Below, in pieces: positions 1-13,800 of a stretch of 64,000 nt of DNA (the first letter of the stretch is position 1; each line of letters begins with the position of its first letter). The notes under the pieces were generated by a model. The model was not told the origin of the DNA and made no database searches. It saw only the letters and a list, made by a program, of their open reading frames with translations. The position numbers and the translations under genes were made by a program. Where the stretch lies: positions 21,762,001 to 21,826,000 of the forward strand of contig OZ024740.1 of the NCBI GenBank assembly GCA_964016885.1, given 5' to 3'. The DNA comes from Eledone cirrhosa. Lineage: Eukaryota.

Positions 1-112
1 GTATTATGTATATCTAGTATATATGTACATGTGTATAAATGTGTGTGTGTGTGAATATATGTAACTATGTAAACATAGTTGTGTAAATATACAAGAGTAT
101 ATGTGTATGTGG
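1..112. repeat. TA/TG-rich low-complexity microsatellite-like tract
   Basis: Alternating purine-pyrimidine runs (tatatatgtacatgtgtat, (TG)n at about 40-53, tatatgtgtatgt). Confidence 0.8.
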
Positions 113-114
113 TG

Positions 115-572
115 CATCAGAATGCAGCTGATCATAATAAATGGAGAAAGACTGTACATGAGGGGAAAGTTGCTTTTGAAGCATCTTGCATCACATATGA
201 GAAAGTAAAATGTGATGAGAGGAAGAGCATTGTTGTTGCACTTCCAGACGGCGAGGGTCCTCCTATGGCGCTGACATGCAGGGTCTGTGCAAGACACTGC
301 CTCAGCAAAGCTGGACTTGAAAGTCATCTTCTCAGTCATAAAGTAAGACCAGTGGTTGACTACCAGGCTGCTGTTGGAGATGCTACTCATCATGCTGCCA
401 AGCATGTGGTAGAGAATGTAAGTCAGCAGGAGGGCTCAAGCGACATGCAAAAGTACATCAACTCCAACCACAGTCGGCTATTCCCAATGAATGTTTTGGT
501 TGCCGACTCTGTGCAACACATTTTAGATCATTGGCTGGGCTAAAAAGCCATATTTGATTGCAGCACCATTAA
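115..572 (+). pseudogene. Disrupted ORF remnant with three C2H2 zinc fingers (one frameshift, one in-frame TGA)
   Basis: ZF1 277-339 CRVCARHCLSKAGLESHLLSH lies in the frame of ORF 79..543. ZF2 396-458 CQACGRECKSAGGLKRHAKVH and ZF3 501-566 CRLCATHFRSLAGLKSHI*LQH lie in a different frame. All fit C-x2-C-x12-H-x3/4-H. TGA is at 555-557 and the terminal TAA at 570-572. Confidence 0.8.
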
Positions 573-594
573 CTATTAATATATATGTGTGTTC

Positions 595-609
595 TTTTTT
601 TTTTTTTTT
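595..609 (+). repeat. Poly-T run (T15)
   Basis: 15 consecutive T within the putative LINE 3' UTR. Confidence 0.9.
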
Positions 610-650
610 GTGTATAGTCATACCCGATAACGAGGGGGCAGCCATCATAC

Positions 651-822
651 ATATGTGTATACATGTTTGTATGTGTCTGAGAGAGACTTCAATGTGTATA
701 TATGTAAATGTGTATACATGTTTGTATGTGTGAGAGGGAGACCTCAATGTGTATGTATATGTGTATATATATGTGTATGTGAGAGAGAGACCTCAATGTG
801 TATGTATGTGTGAGAGACTCAA
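651..822 (+). repeat. Degenerate minisatellite, 3-4 units of about 30-57 bp, (TATG/TG)n-GAGAGACCTCAATG
   Basis: Core gagacttcaatgtgtat (about 683), gagacctcaatgtgtat (about 738 and about 787) and partial gagactcaa (about 814). atgtgtatacatgtttgtatgtgt is repeated at 653 and 708. Confidence 0.8.
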
Positions 823-939
823 CAGAAATACTGACCTCTTTTTGGGCAGCCTCATCTCTCTCTTTCTTTTTCATTTCAAATACTGTCTCAAACAAATCCC
901 TTATGGCGATGATAACATGTCCAGCCTGTAAAGAGTCAG

Positions 940-1125
940 AGTGGTCAAAATATAGGTGAAAGTGGTCAAAATATGGACAAAAGAGGTAAAAAAATGGTGA
1001 AAATGGGAACCATATTGGTCAAAATATAAATCACAGATGTTAAATATGGTGAAGTCACTTTGGTCAAAATATAGATGTCAGTTGTGACATATGGTCAAAC
1101 TAAGAATCGCTTTGGTCAAATAGAA
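940..1125 (+). repeat. Degenerate short repeat with core TGGTCAAAATAT (about 8 copies)
   Basis: tggtcaaaatat at about 943, 964, 1016 and 1060; tggtcaaa at about 1092 and 1113; tggtgaa at about 995 and 1047. Confidence 0.75.
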
Positions 1126-1135
1126 GAAGAGTGAA

Positions 1136-1186
1136 TATAGACATAGAGTGTCTATAAATACAGTTGATATCTGTAGACTGTGTCTA
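1136..1186. other. Array junction with two small perfect inverted repeats
   Basis: TATAGACA-tagag-TGTCTATA (1136-1156) and TAGAC-tgt-GTCTA (1174-1186) lie directly before the first monomer. Confidence 0.75.
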
Positions 1187-1801
1187 GCTAACATCTACAC
1201 GAAGTGTATATAGTCAACATCTACACAAAGTGTATACAGTCAACATCTACACAAAGTGTATGGTCAACATCTACACAAAGTTTATAGTCAACATCTACAC
1301 AAAGTGTATAGTCAACATCTACACAAAGTGTATAGTCAACATCTACACAAAGTGTATACAGTCAACATCTACACACAGTGTATGCAGTTAAAATCTACAC
1401 AAAGTGTATACAGTCAACATCTAGACAAAGTGTATACAATCAACATCTACACAAAGTGTATACAGTCAACATCTAGACAAAGTGTATACAGTCAACATCT
1501 ACACAAAGTGTATACTGTCAACATCTACACTAAGTGTATAGTCAACATTGACACAAAGTGTATACAGTCAACATCTACACAAAGTATATACAGTCAACAT
1601 CTACACAAAGTATATACAGTCAACATCTACACAAAGTGTATACAGTCAACATCTACACAAAGTGTATACAGTCAACATCTACACAAAGTGTATACAGTCA
1701 ACATCTACACAAAGTGTATACAGTCAACATCTACACAAAGTGTATATAGTCAACATCTACACAAAGTGTATACAGTCAACATCTACACAAAGTGTATACA
1801 G

Positions 1802-4800
1802 TCAACATCTACACAAAGTGTATACAGTCAACATCTACACTAAGTGTACAGTAAACATCTACACAAAGTGTATAGTCAACATCTACACAAAGTGTATACA
1901 GTCAACATCTACACAAATTGTATAGTCAACATCTACACAAAGTGTATACAGTCAACATCTACACAAAGTGTATAAAGTCTACATCTACACAAAGTGTATA
2001 GTCAACATCTACACAAAGTGTATACAATCAACATCTACACAAAGTGTATACAGTCGACATCTACACAACGTGTATACAGTCAAAATCTACACAAAGTGTA
2101 TACAATCAACATCTACACAAAGTGTATACAGTCAACATCTACACAAAGTGTGTACAATCAACATCTACACAAGGTGTATAGGCAACATCTACACGGAGTG
2201 TATACAGTCAACATCTACACAAAGTGTATACAGTCAACATCTACACAAAGTGTATAGTCAACATCTACACAAAGTGTATACAGTCAACATCTACACAAAG
2301 TGTATACAGTCAACATCTACACAAAGTGTATAGTCAACATCTAAACAAAGAGTATAAGTCAACATCTACACAAAGTGTATACAGTCAACATCTACACAAA
2401 GTGTATACAATCAACATCTACACAAAGTGTATACAGTCAACATCTAGACAAAGTGTATACAGTCAACATCTACACAAAGTGTATACGGTCAACATCTACA
2501 CTAAGTGTATAGTCAACATCGACACAAAGTGTATACAGTCAACATCTACACAAAGTATATACAGTCAACATCTACACAAAGTGTATACAGTCAACATCTA
2601 CACACAGTGTATACAGGCAACATCTACACAAAGTGTATACAGTCAACATCTACACAAAGTGTATACAGTGAACATCTACACAAAGTGTATAGTCAACATC
2701 TACACAAAGTGTATAGTCAACATCTACACAAAGTGTATACAGTCAACATCTACACAAAGTGTATACAGTCAACATCTACACAAAGTGTATAGTCAACATC
2801 TACACAAAGTGTATACAGGCAACATCTACACAAAGTGTATACAGTCAACATCTACACAAATTGTATACAGTCAACATCTACACAAAGTGTATACAGTCAA
2901 CATCTACACAAAGTGTATACAGTCAATATCTACACAAAGTGTATAGTCAACATCTACACAAAGTGTATACAGTCAACATCTACACAAAGTGTATACAGTC
3001 AACATCTACACAAAGTGTATAGTCAACATCTACACAAACTGTATAGTCAACATCTACACAAAGTGTATACAGTCAACATCTACACAAAGTGTATACAGTC
3101 AACATCTACACAAAGTGTATACAGTCATCATCTACACAAAGTGTATACAGTCAACATCTACACAAAGTGTATAGTCAACATCTACACAAAGTGTGTATAG
3201 TCAACATCTACACAAAGTGTATAGTCAACATCTACACAAAGTGTATAGTCAACATCTACACAAAGTGTATACAGTCAACATCTACACAAAGTGTATACAG
3301 TCAACATCTACACAAAGTGTATAGTCAACATCTACAAAAAGTGTACGTTCAACATCTACACAAAGTGTACAGTCAACATCTACACAAAGCGTATAGTCAA
3401 CATCTACACAAAGTGTATACAGTTAACATCTATACAAAGTGTATAGTCAACCTCTAAACAAAGTGTATAGTCAACATCTACACAAAGTGTATACAGTCAA
3501 CATCTACACGGAGTGTATACAGTCAACATCTACACAAAGTGTATACAGTCAACATCTACACAAAGTGTATACAGTCAATATCTACACTAAGTGTATACAA
3601 TCAACATCTACACAAAGTGTACAGTCAACATCTACACAAAGTGTATAGTCAACATCTACACAAAGTCTATACAGTCAACATCTACACAAAGTGTATAGTC
3701 AACATCTACACAAAGTGTACAGTCAACATCTACACAAAGTGTATACAGTCAACATCTACACAAAGTGTATATTCAAAACCTACATAAAGTGTATAGTCAA
3801 CATCTACACAAAGTGTATACAGTCAACATCTACACAAAGTGTGTACAATCAACATCTACACAAGGTGTATAGGCAACATCTACACGGAGTGTATACAGTC
3901 AACATCTACACAAAGTGTATACAGTCAACATCTACACAAAGTGTATAGTCAACATCTACACAAAGTGTATACAGTCAACATCTACACAAAGTGTATACAG
4001 TCAACATCTACACAAAGTGTATAGTCAACATCTAAACAAAGAGTATAAGTCAACATCTACACAAAGTGTATACAGTCAACATCTACACAAAGTGTATAGT
4101 CAACATCTACACAAAGTGTATACAATCAACATCTACACAAAGTGTATACGGTCAACATCTACACTAAGTGTATAGTCAACATCGACACAAAGTGTATACA
4201 GTCAACATCTACACAAAGTATATACAGTCAACATCTACACAAAGTGTATACAGTCAACATCTACACACAGTGTATACAGGCAACATCTACACAAAGTGTA
4301 TACAGTCAACATCTACACAAAGTGTATACAGTCAACATCTACACAAAGTGTATAGTCAACATCTACACAAAGTGTATAGTCAACATCTACACAAAGTGTA
4401 TACAGTCAACATCTACACAAAGTGTATACAGTCAACATCTACACAAAGTGTATAGTCAACATCTACACAAAGTGTATACAGGCAACATCTACACAAAGTG
4501 TATACAGTCAACATCTACACAAATTGTATACAGTCAACATCTACACAAAGTGTATACAGTCAACATCTACACAAAGTGTATACAGTCAATATCTACACAA
4601 AGTGTATAGTCAACATCTACACAAAGTGTATACAGTCAACATCTACACAAAGTGTATACAGTCAACATCTACACAAAGTGTATAGTCAACATCTACACAA
4701 ACTGTATAGTCAACATCTACACAAAGTGTATACAGTCAACATCTACACAAAGTGTATACAGTCAACATCTACACAAAGTGTATACAGTCATCATCTACAC

Positions 4801-7800
4801 AAAGTCTATACAGTCAACATCTACACAAAGTGTATAGTCAACATCTACACAAAGTGTATAGTCAACATCTACACAAAGTGTATACAGTCAACATCTACAC
4901 AAAGTGTATACAGTCAACATCTACACAAAGTGTATACAGTCAACATCTACACAAAGTGTATACAGGCAACATCTACACAAAGTGTATACAGTCAACATCT
5001 ACACAAAGTGTATAGTCAACATCTACAAAAAGTGTACGTTCAACATCTACACAAAGTGTACAGTCAACATCTACACAAAGTGTATAGTCAACATCTACAC
5101 AAAGTGTATAGTCAACATCTACACAAAGTGTATACAGTTAACATCTATACAAAGTGTATAGTCAACATCTAAACAAAGTGTATAGTCAACATCTACACAA
5201 AGTGTATACAGTCAACATCTACACGGAGTGTATACAGTCAACATCTACACAAAGTGTATACAGTCAACATCTACACAAAGTGTATACAGTCAATATCTAC
5301 ACTAAGTGTATACAATCAACATCTACACAAAGTGTACAGACAACATCTACACAAAGTGTATAGTCAACATCTACACAAAGTCTATACAGTCAACATCTAC
5401 ACAAAGTGTATAGTCAACATCTACACAAAGTGTACAGTCAACATCTACACAAAGTGTATACAGTCAACATCTACACAAAGTGTATATTCAAAACCTACAT
5501 AAAGTGTATAGTCAACATCTACACAAAGTGTATAGTCAACATCTACACAAAGTGTATACAGTCAACATCTACACAAAGTGTATATAGTCAACAATTACAC
5601 AAAGTGTATAGTCAACATCTACAGAAAGTATATACAGTCAATATCTACACAAAGTGTATAGTCAACATCTACAGAAAGTGTATAGTTAACATCTACACAA
5701 AGTGTATAGTCAACATCTACACAAAGTGTATACGGTCAACATCTACACAAAGTGTATACAGTCAACATCTACACAAAGTGTATAATCAACATCTACACAA
5801 AGTGTATAGTCAACATCTACACAAAGTGTATACAGTCAACATCTACACGGAGTGTATACAGTCAACATCTACACAAAGTGTATACAGTCAACATCTACAC
5901 AAAGTGTACACAGTCAACATCTACACAAAGTGTATACAGTCAACATCTACACAAAGTGTATACAATCAACATCTACACAAAGTGTACAGTCAACATCTAC
6001 ACAAAGTGTATAGTCAACATCTACACAAAGTGTATACAGTCAACATCTACACAAAGTGTATAGTCAACATCTACACAAAGTGTACAGTCAACATCTACAA
6101 GAAGTGTATACAGTCACAATCTACACAAAGTGTATACGATCAACATCTACACAAAGTGTATACAGTCAACATCTACACAAAGTGTATACAATCAACATCT
6201 ACACAAAGTGTATACAATCAACATCTACACAAAGTGTATACAATCAACATCTACACAAAGTGTACAGTCAACATCTACACAAAGTGTATAGTCAACATCT
6301 ACACAAAGTGTACAGTCAACATCTACACAAAGTGTATACAATCAACATCTACACAAAGTGTATACAGTCAACATCTACACAAAGTGTATACAGACAACAT
6401 CTACACAAAGTGTATACAGTCAACATCTACACAAAGGGTATAGTCAACATCTACACAAAGTATATACAGTCAACATCTACACAAAGTGTATACAGTCAAC
6501 ATCTACACAAAGTGTATACAGTCAACATCTACACAAAGTGCACATTCAACATCTACACAAAGTGTACAGTCAACATCTACACAAAGTGTACAGTCAACAT
6601 CTACACAAAGTGTATACAGTCAACATCTACACAAAGTGTATAGTCAACATCTACACAAAGTGTACAGTCAACATCTACGCAAAGAGAATAATCAACATGT
6701 ACACAAAGTGTATATAGTTCACATCTACACAAAGTGTAGAGTCAACATCTACACAAAGTGTATAGTCAACATCTACACAAAGTGTATACAGTCAACATCT
6801 ACACAAAGTGTATACAGTCAACATCTACACAAAGTGTATACAGTCAACATCTACACAAAGTGTATACAGTCAACATCTACACAAAGTATATTCAGTCAAT
6901 ATCTACACAAAGTGTATAGTCAACATCTACACAAAGTGTATAGTCAACATCTACACAAAGTGTATACAGTCAACATCTACACAAAGTGTATACAGTCAAT
7001 ATCTACACAAAGAGTATACAGTCAACATCTATACAAAGTGTATAGTCAACATCTAAACAAAGTGTATAGTCAACATCTACACAGTGTATAGTCAACATCT
7101 ACACAAAGTGTATACAGTCAACATCTACATAAAGTGTATACAGTCAACATCTACACAAAGTGTATACAGTCAACATCTACACAAAGTGTATACAGTCAAC
7201 ATCTACACAAAGTGTATACAGTCAACATCTACACAAAGTGTATACAGTCAACATCTACACAAAGGGTATACAGTCAACATCTGCACAAAGTGTATACAGT
7301 CAACATCTACACAAAGTGTATAGTCAACATCTACACAAAGTGTATAGTCAACATCTACACAAAGTGTATACAGTCAACATCTACACAAAGTATATACAGT
7401 CAATATCTACACAAAGAGTATACAGTCAACATCTACACAAAGTGTATAGTCAACATCTACACAAAGTGTATACAGTCAACATCTACACAAAGTGTATACA
7501 GTCAACATCTACACAAAGTGTATAGTCAACATCTACACAAAGTGTATAGTCAACATCTACACAAAGTGTATACAGTCAACATCTACACAAAGTGTATACA
7601 GTCAACATCTACACAAAGTGTATAGTCAACATCTACAGAAAGTATATACAGTCAATATCTACACAAAGTGTATAGTCAACATCTATAGAAAATGTATAGT
7701 TAACATCTACACAAAGTGTATAGTCAATATCTACACAAACTGTATAGTCAACATCTACACAAAGTGTATACAGTCAACATCTACACAAAGTGTATACAGT

Positions 7801-10800
7801 CAATATCTACACAAAGTGTATACAGTCAATATCTACACAAAGTGTATACAGTCAACATCTACACAAAGTGTATAAAGTCAATATGTACACAAAGAGTATA
7901 CAGTCAACATCTACATAAAGTGTATACAGTCAACATCTACACAAAGTGTATACAGTCAACATCTACACAAAGTGTATACAGTCAACATCTACACAAAGTG
8001 TATACAGTCAACATCTACACAGTGTATACAGTCAACATCTACACAAAGTGTATACAGTCAACATCTACACAAAGGGTATACAGTCAACATCTACACAAAG
8101 TGTATAGTCAACATCTACACAAAGTGTATAGTCAACATCTACACAAAGTGTATAGAGTCAACATCTACACAAAGTGTATACAGTCAACATCTACACAATG
8201 TGTATACAGTCAACGTCTACACAAAGTCTATACAGTCAACATCTACACAAAGTATATACAGTCAACATCTACACAAAGTGTATAGTCAACATCTACAGAA
8301 AGTGTATACAATCAACATCTACACAAAGTGTATACGGTCAACATCTACACTAAGTGTATAGTTAACATCTACACAAAGTGTATAGTCAACATCTACACAA
8401 AGTGTATACAGTCAACATCTACACAAGTGTATACTCAACATCTACACAAAGTGTATACAGTCAACATCTACACAAAGTGTATACAGTCAACATCTATACA
8501 AAGTGTATAGTCAACATCTAAACAAAGTGTATAGTCAACATCTACACAAAGTGTATAGTCAACATCTACACAAAGTGTATACAGTCAACATCTACACAAA
8601 GTGTATACAGTCAATATCTACACAAAGAGTATACAGTCAACATCTACACAAAGTGTATACAGTCAACATCTACACAAAGTGTATACAGTCAACATCTACA
8701 CAAAGTGTATACAGTCAACATCTACACAAAGTGTATACAGTCAACATCTACACAAAGTGTATACAGTCAACATCTACACAATGTGTATACAGTCAACATC
8801 TACACAAAGTGTATAGTCAACATCTACACAAAGTGTATACAGTCAACATCTACACAAAGTGTATACAGTCAATATCTACACAAAGAGTATACAGTCAACA
8901 TCTACACAAAGTGTATAGTCAACATCTACACAAAGTGTATACAGTCAACATCTACACAAAGTGTATACAGTCAACATCTACACAAAGTGTATAGTCAACA
9001 TCTACACAAAGTGTATACAGTCAACATCTACACAAAGTGTATACAATCAACATCTACACAAAGTGTATACAGTCAACATCTACACTAAGTGTACAGTAAA
9101 CATCTACACAAAGTGTATAGTCAACATCTACACAAAGTGTATACAGTCAACATCTACACAAATTGTATAGTCAACATCTACACAAAGTGTATACAGTCAA
9201 CATCTACACAAAGTGTATAAAGTCTACATCTACACAAAGTGTATAGTCAACATCTACACAAAGTGTATACAATCAACATCTACACAAAGTGTATACAGTC
9301 GACATCTACACAAAGTGTATACAGTCAAAATCTACACAAAGTGTATACAATCAACATCTACACAAAGTGTATACAGTCAACATCTACACAAAGTGTGTAC
9401 AATCAACATCTACACAAGGTGTATAGGCAACATCTACACGGAGTGTATACAGTCAACATCTACACAAAGTGTATACAGTCAACATCTACACAAAGTGTAT
9501 AGTCAACATCTACACAAAGTGTATACAGTCAACATCTACACAAAGTGTATACAGTCAACATCTACACAAAGTGTATAGTCAACATCTAAACAAAGAGTAT
9601 AAGTCAACATCTACACAAAGTGTATACAGTCAACATCTACACAAAGTGTATACAATCAACATCTACACAAAGTGTATACAGTCAACATCTAGACAAAGTG
9701 TATACAGTCAACATCTACACAAAGTGTATACGGTCAACATCTACACTAAGTGTATAGTCAACATCGACACAAAGTGTATACAGTCAACATCTACACAAAG
9801 TATATACAGTCAACATCTACACAAAGTGTATACAGTCAACATCTACACACAGTGTATACAGGCAACATCTACACAAAGTGTATACAGTCAACATCTACAC
9901 AAAGTGTATACAGTGAACATCTACACAAAGTGTATAGTCAACATCTACACAAAGTGTATAGTCAACATCTACACAAAGTGTATACAGTCAACATCTACAC
10001 AAAGTGTATACAGTCAACATCTACACAAAGTGTATAGTCAACATCTACACAAAGTGTATACAGGCAACATCTACACAAAGTGTATACAGTCAACATCTAC
10101 ACAAATTGTATACAGTCAACATCTACACAAAGTGTATACAGTCAACATCTACACAAAGTGTATACAGTCAATATCTACACAAAGTGTATAGTCAACATCT
10201 ACACAAAGTGTATACAGTCAACATCTACACAAAGTGTATACAGTCAACATCTACACAAAGTGTATAGTCAACATCTACACAAACTGTATAGTCAACATCT
10301 ACACAAAGTGTATACAGTCAACATCTACACAAAGTGTATACAGTCAACATCTACACAAAGTGTATACAGTCATCATCTACACAAAGTGTATACAGTCAAC
10401 ATCTACACAAAGTGTATAGTCAACATCTACACAAAGTGTGTATAGTCAACATCTACACAAAGTGTATAGTCAACATCTACACAAAGTGTATAGTCAACAT
10501 CTACACAAAGTGTATACAGTCAACATCTACACAAAGTGTATACAGTCAACATCTACACAAAGTGTATAGTCAACATCTACAAAAAGTGTACGTTCAACAT
10601 CTACACAAAGTGTACAGTCAACATCTACACAAAGCGTATAGTCAACATCTACACAAAGTGTATACAGTTAACATCTATACAAAGTGTATAGTCAACCTCT
10701 AAACAAAGTGTATAGTCAACATCTACACAAAGTGTATACAGTCAACATCTACACGGAGTGTATACAGTCAACATCTACACAAAGTGTATACAGTCAACAT

Positions 10801-13800
10801 CTACACAAAGTGTATACAGTCAATATCTACACTAAGTGTATACAATCAACATCTACACAAAGTGTACAGTCAACATCTACACAAAGTGTATAGTCAACAT
10901 CTACACAAAGTCTATACAGTCAACATCTACACAAAGTGTATAGTCAACATCTACACAAAGTGTACAGTCAACATCTACACAAAGTGTATACAGTCAACAT
11001 CTACACAAAGTGTATATTCAAAACCTACATAAAGTGTATAGTCAACATCTACACAAAGTGTATACAGTCAACATCTACACAAAGTGTGTACAATCAACAT
11101 CTACACAAGGTGTATAGGCAACATCTACACGGAGTGTATACAGTCAACATCTACACAAAGTGTATACAGTCAACATCTACACAAAGTGTATAGTCAACAT
11201 CTACACAAAGTGTATACAGTCAACATCTACACAAAGTGTATACAGTCAACATCTACACAAAGTGTATAGTCAACATCTAAACAAAGAGTATAAGTCAACA
11301 TCTACACAAAGTGTATACAGTCAACATCTACACAAAGTGTATAGTCAACATCTACACAAAGTGTATACAATCAACATCTACACAAAGTGTATACGGTCAA
11401 CATCTACACTAAGTGTATAGTCAACATCGACACAAAGTGTATACAGTCAACATCTACACAAAGTATATACAGTCAACATCTACACAAAGTGTATACAGTC
11501 AACATCTACACACAGTGTATACAGGCAACATCTACACAAAGTGTATACAGTCAACATCTACACAAAGTGTATACAGTCAACATCTACACAAAGTGTATAG
11601 TCAACATCTACACAAAGTGTATAGTCAACATCTACACAAAGTGTATACAGTCAACATCTACACAAAGTGTATACAGTCAACATCTACACAAAGTGTATAG
11701 TCAACATCTACACAAAGTGTATACAGGCAACATCTACACAAAGTGTATACAGTCAACATCTACACAAATTGTATACAGTCAACATCTACACAAAGTGTAT
11801 ACAGTCAACATCTACACAAAGTGTATACAGTCAATATCTACACAAAGTGTATAGTCAACATCTACACAAAGTGTATACAGTCAACATCTACACAAAGTGT
11901 ATACAGTCAACATCTACACAAAGTGTATAGTCAACATCTACACAAACTGTATAGTCAACATCTACACAAAGTGTATACAGTCAACATCTACACAAAGTGT
12001 ATACAGTCAACATCTACACAAAGTGTATACAGTCATCATCTACACAAAGTCTATACAGTCAACATCTACACAAAGTGTATAGTCAACATCTACACAAAGT
12101 GTATAGTCAACATCTACACAAAGTGTATACAGTCAACATCTACACAAAGTGTATACAGTCAACATCTACACAAATTGTATACAGTCAACATCTACACAAA
12201 GTGTATACAGGCAACATCTACACAAAGTGTATACAGTCAACATCTACACAAAGTGTATAGTCAACATCTACAAAAAGTGTACGTTCAACATCTACACAAA
12301 GTGTACAGTCAACATCTACACAAAGTGTATAGTCAACATCTACACAAAGTGTATAGTCAACATCTACACAAAGTGTATACAGTTAACATCTATACAAAGT
12401 GTATAGTCAACATCTAAACAAAGTGTATAGTCAACATCTACACAAAGTGTATACAGTCAACATCTACACGGAGTGTATACAGTCAACATCTACACAAAGT
12501 GTATACAGTCAACATCTACACAAAGTGTATACAGTCAATATCTACACTAAGTGTATACAATCAACATCTACACAAAGTGTACAGTCAACATCTACACAAA
12601 GTGTATAGTCAACATCTACACAAAGTCTATACAGTCAACATCTACACAAAGTGTATAGTCAACATCTACACAAAGTGTATAGTCAACATCTACACAAAGT
12701 GTATAGTCAACATCTACACAAAGTGTATACAGTCAACATCTACACAAAGTGTATATAGTCAACAATTACACAAAGTGTATAGTCAACATCTACAGAAAGT
12801 ATATACAGTCAATATCTACACAAAGTGTATAGTCAACATCTACAGAAAGTGTATAGTTAACATCTACACAAAGTGTATAGTCAACATCTACACAAAGTGT
12901 ATACGGTCAACATCTACACAAAGTGTATACAGTCAACATCTACACAAAGTGTATAATCAACATCTACACAAAGTGTATAGTCAACATCTACACAAAGTGT
13001 ATACAGTCAACATCTACACGGAGTGTATACAGTCAACATCTACACAAAGTGTATACAGTCAACATCTACACAAAGTGTACACAGTCAACATCTACACAAA
13101 GTGTATACAGTCAACATCTACACAAAGTGTATACAATCAACATCTACACAAAGTGTACAGTCAACATCTACACAAAGTGTATAGTCAACATCTACACAAA
13201 GTGTATACAGTCAACATCTACACAAAGTGTATAGTCAACATCTACACAAAGTGTACAGTCAACATCTACAAGAAGTGTATACAGTCACAATCTACACAAA
13301 GTGTATACGATCAACATCTACACAAAGTGTATACAGTCAACATCTACACAAAGTGTATACAATCAACATCTACACAAAGTGTATACAATCAACATCTACA
13401 CAAAGTGTATACAATCAACATCTACACAAAGTGTACAGTCAACATCTACACAAAGTGTATAGTCAACATCTACACAAAGTGTACAGTCAACATCTACACA
13501 AAGTGTATACAATCAACATCTACACAAAGTGTATACAGTCAACATCTACACAAAGTGTATACAGACAACATCTACACAAAGTGTATACAGTCAACATCTA
13601 CACAAAGGGTATAGTCAACATCTACACAAAGTATATACAGTCAACATCTACACAAAGTGTATACAGTCAACATCTACACAAAGTGTATACAGTCAACATC
13701 TACACAAAGTGCACATTCAACATCTACACAAAGTGTACAGTCAACATCTACACAAAGTGTACAGTCAACATCTACACAAAGTGTATACAGTCAACATCTA

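Larger units (their letters stand above)
113..648 (+). mobile_element. 5'-truncated, degenerate 3' end of a non-LTR retrotransposon (probably RTE clade): ORF C-terminus plus 3' UTR
   Basis: The translation AADHNKWRKTVHEGKVAFE...EKVKCDERK...CRVCARHCLSKAGLESH matches my recollection of the RTE ORF C-terminal pattern A-x-DR-x2-WR-x6-G-x3-FE...KR-x2-RK...C-x2-C-x3-C-x-S-x2-GL-x-SH. It is followed by a short UTR, a terminal GTCATACCCGATAACGAGGGGGCAGCCATCAT motif and a microsatellite-like tail. No RT or endonuclease domain is present. The clade call is by motif recognition, not by search. Confidence 0.72.

Noticed and set aside
79-543. 154-aa ORF as an intact gene
   Set aside because: Its N-terminus is microsatellite-derived and its C-terminal third is out of frame with the zinc-finger-coding frame. 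It is better explained as a frameshifted retrotransposon remnant.
99-660. ATATGTGTAT at 99-108 and 651-660 as a LINE target-site duplication
   Set aside because: Position is plausible, but the word is low-complexity and recurs nearby (e.g. about 757 and 769), so it is not diagnostic.
4-931. ORFs 4..405(-), 523..747(-), 689..895(-), 749..931(+)
   Set aside because: Low-complexity H/I/Y/T/V/C translations of TA/TG repeats and poly-T, or antisense to the LINE remnant.
1136-1187. Helitron 3' end (hairpin followed by CTAG at 1184-1187)
   Set aside because: The hairpin is AT-rich and about 28 bp from CTAG, the next base is C rather than T, and no other Helitron feature is visible.
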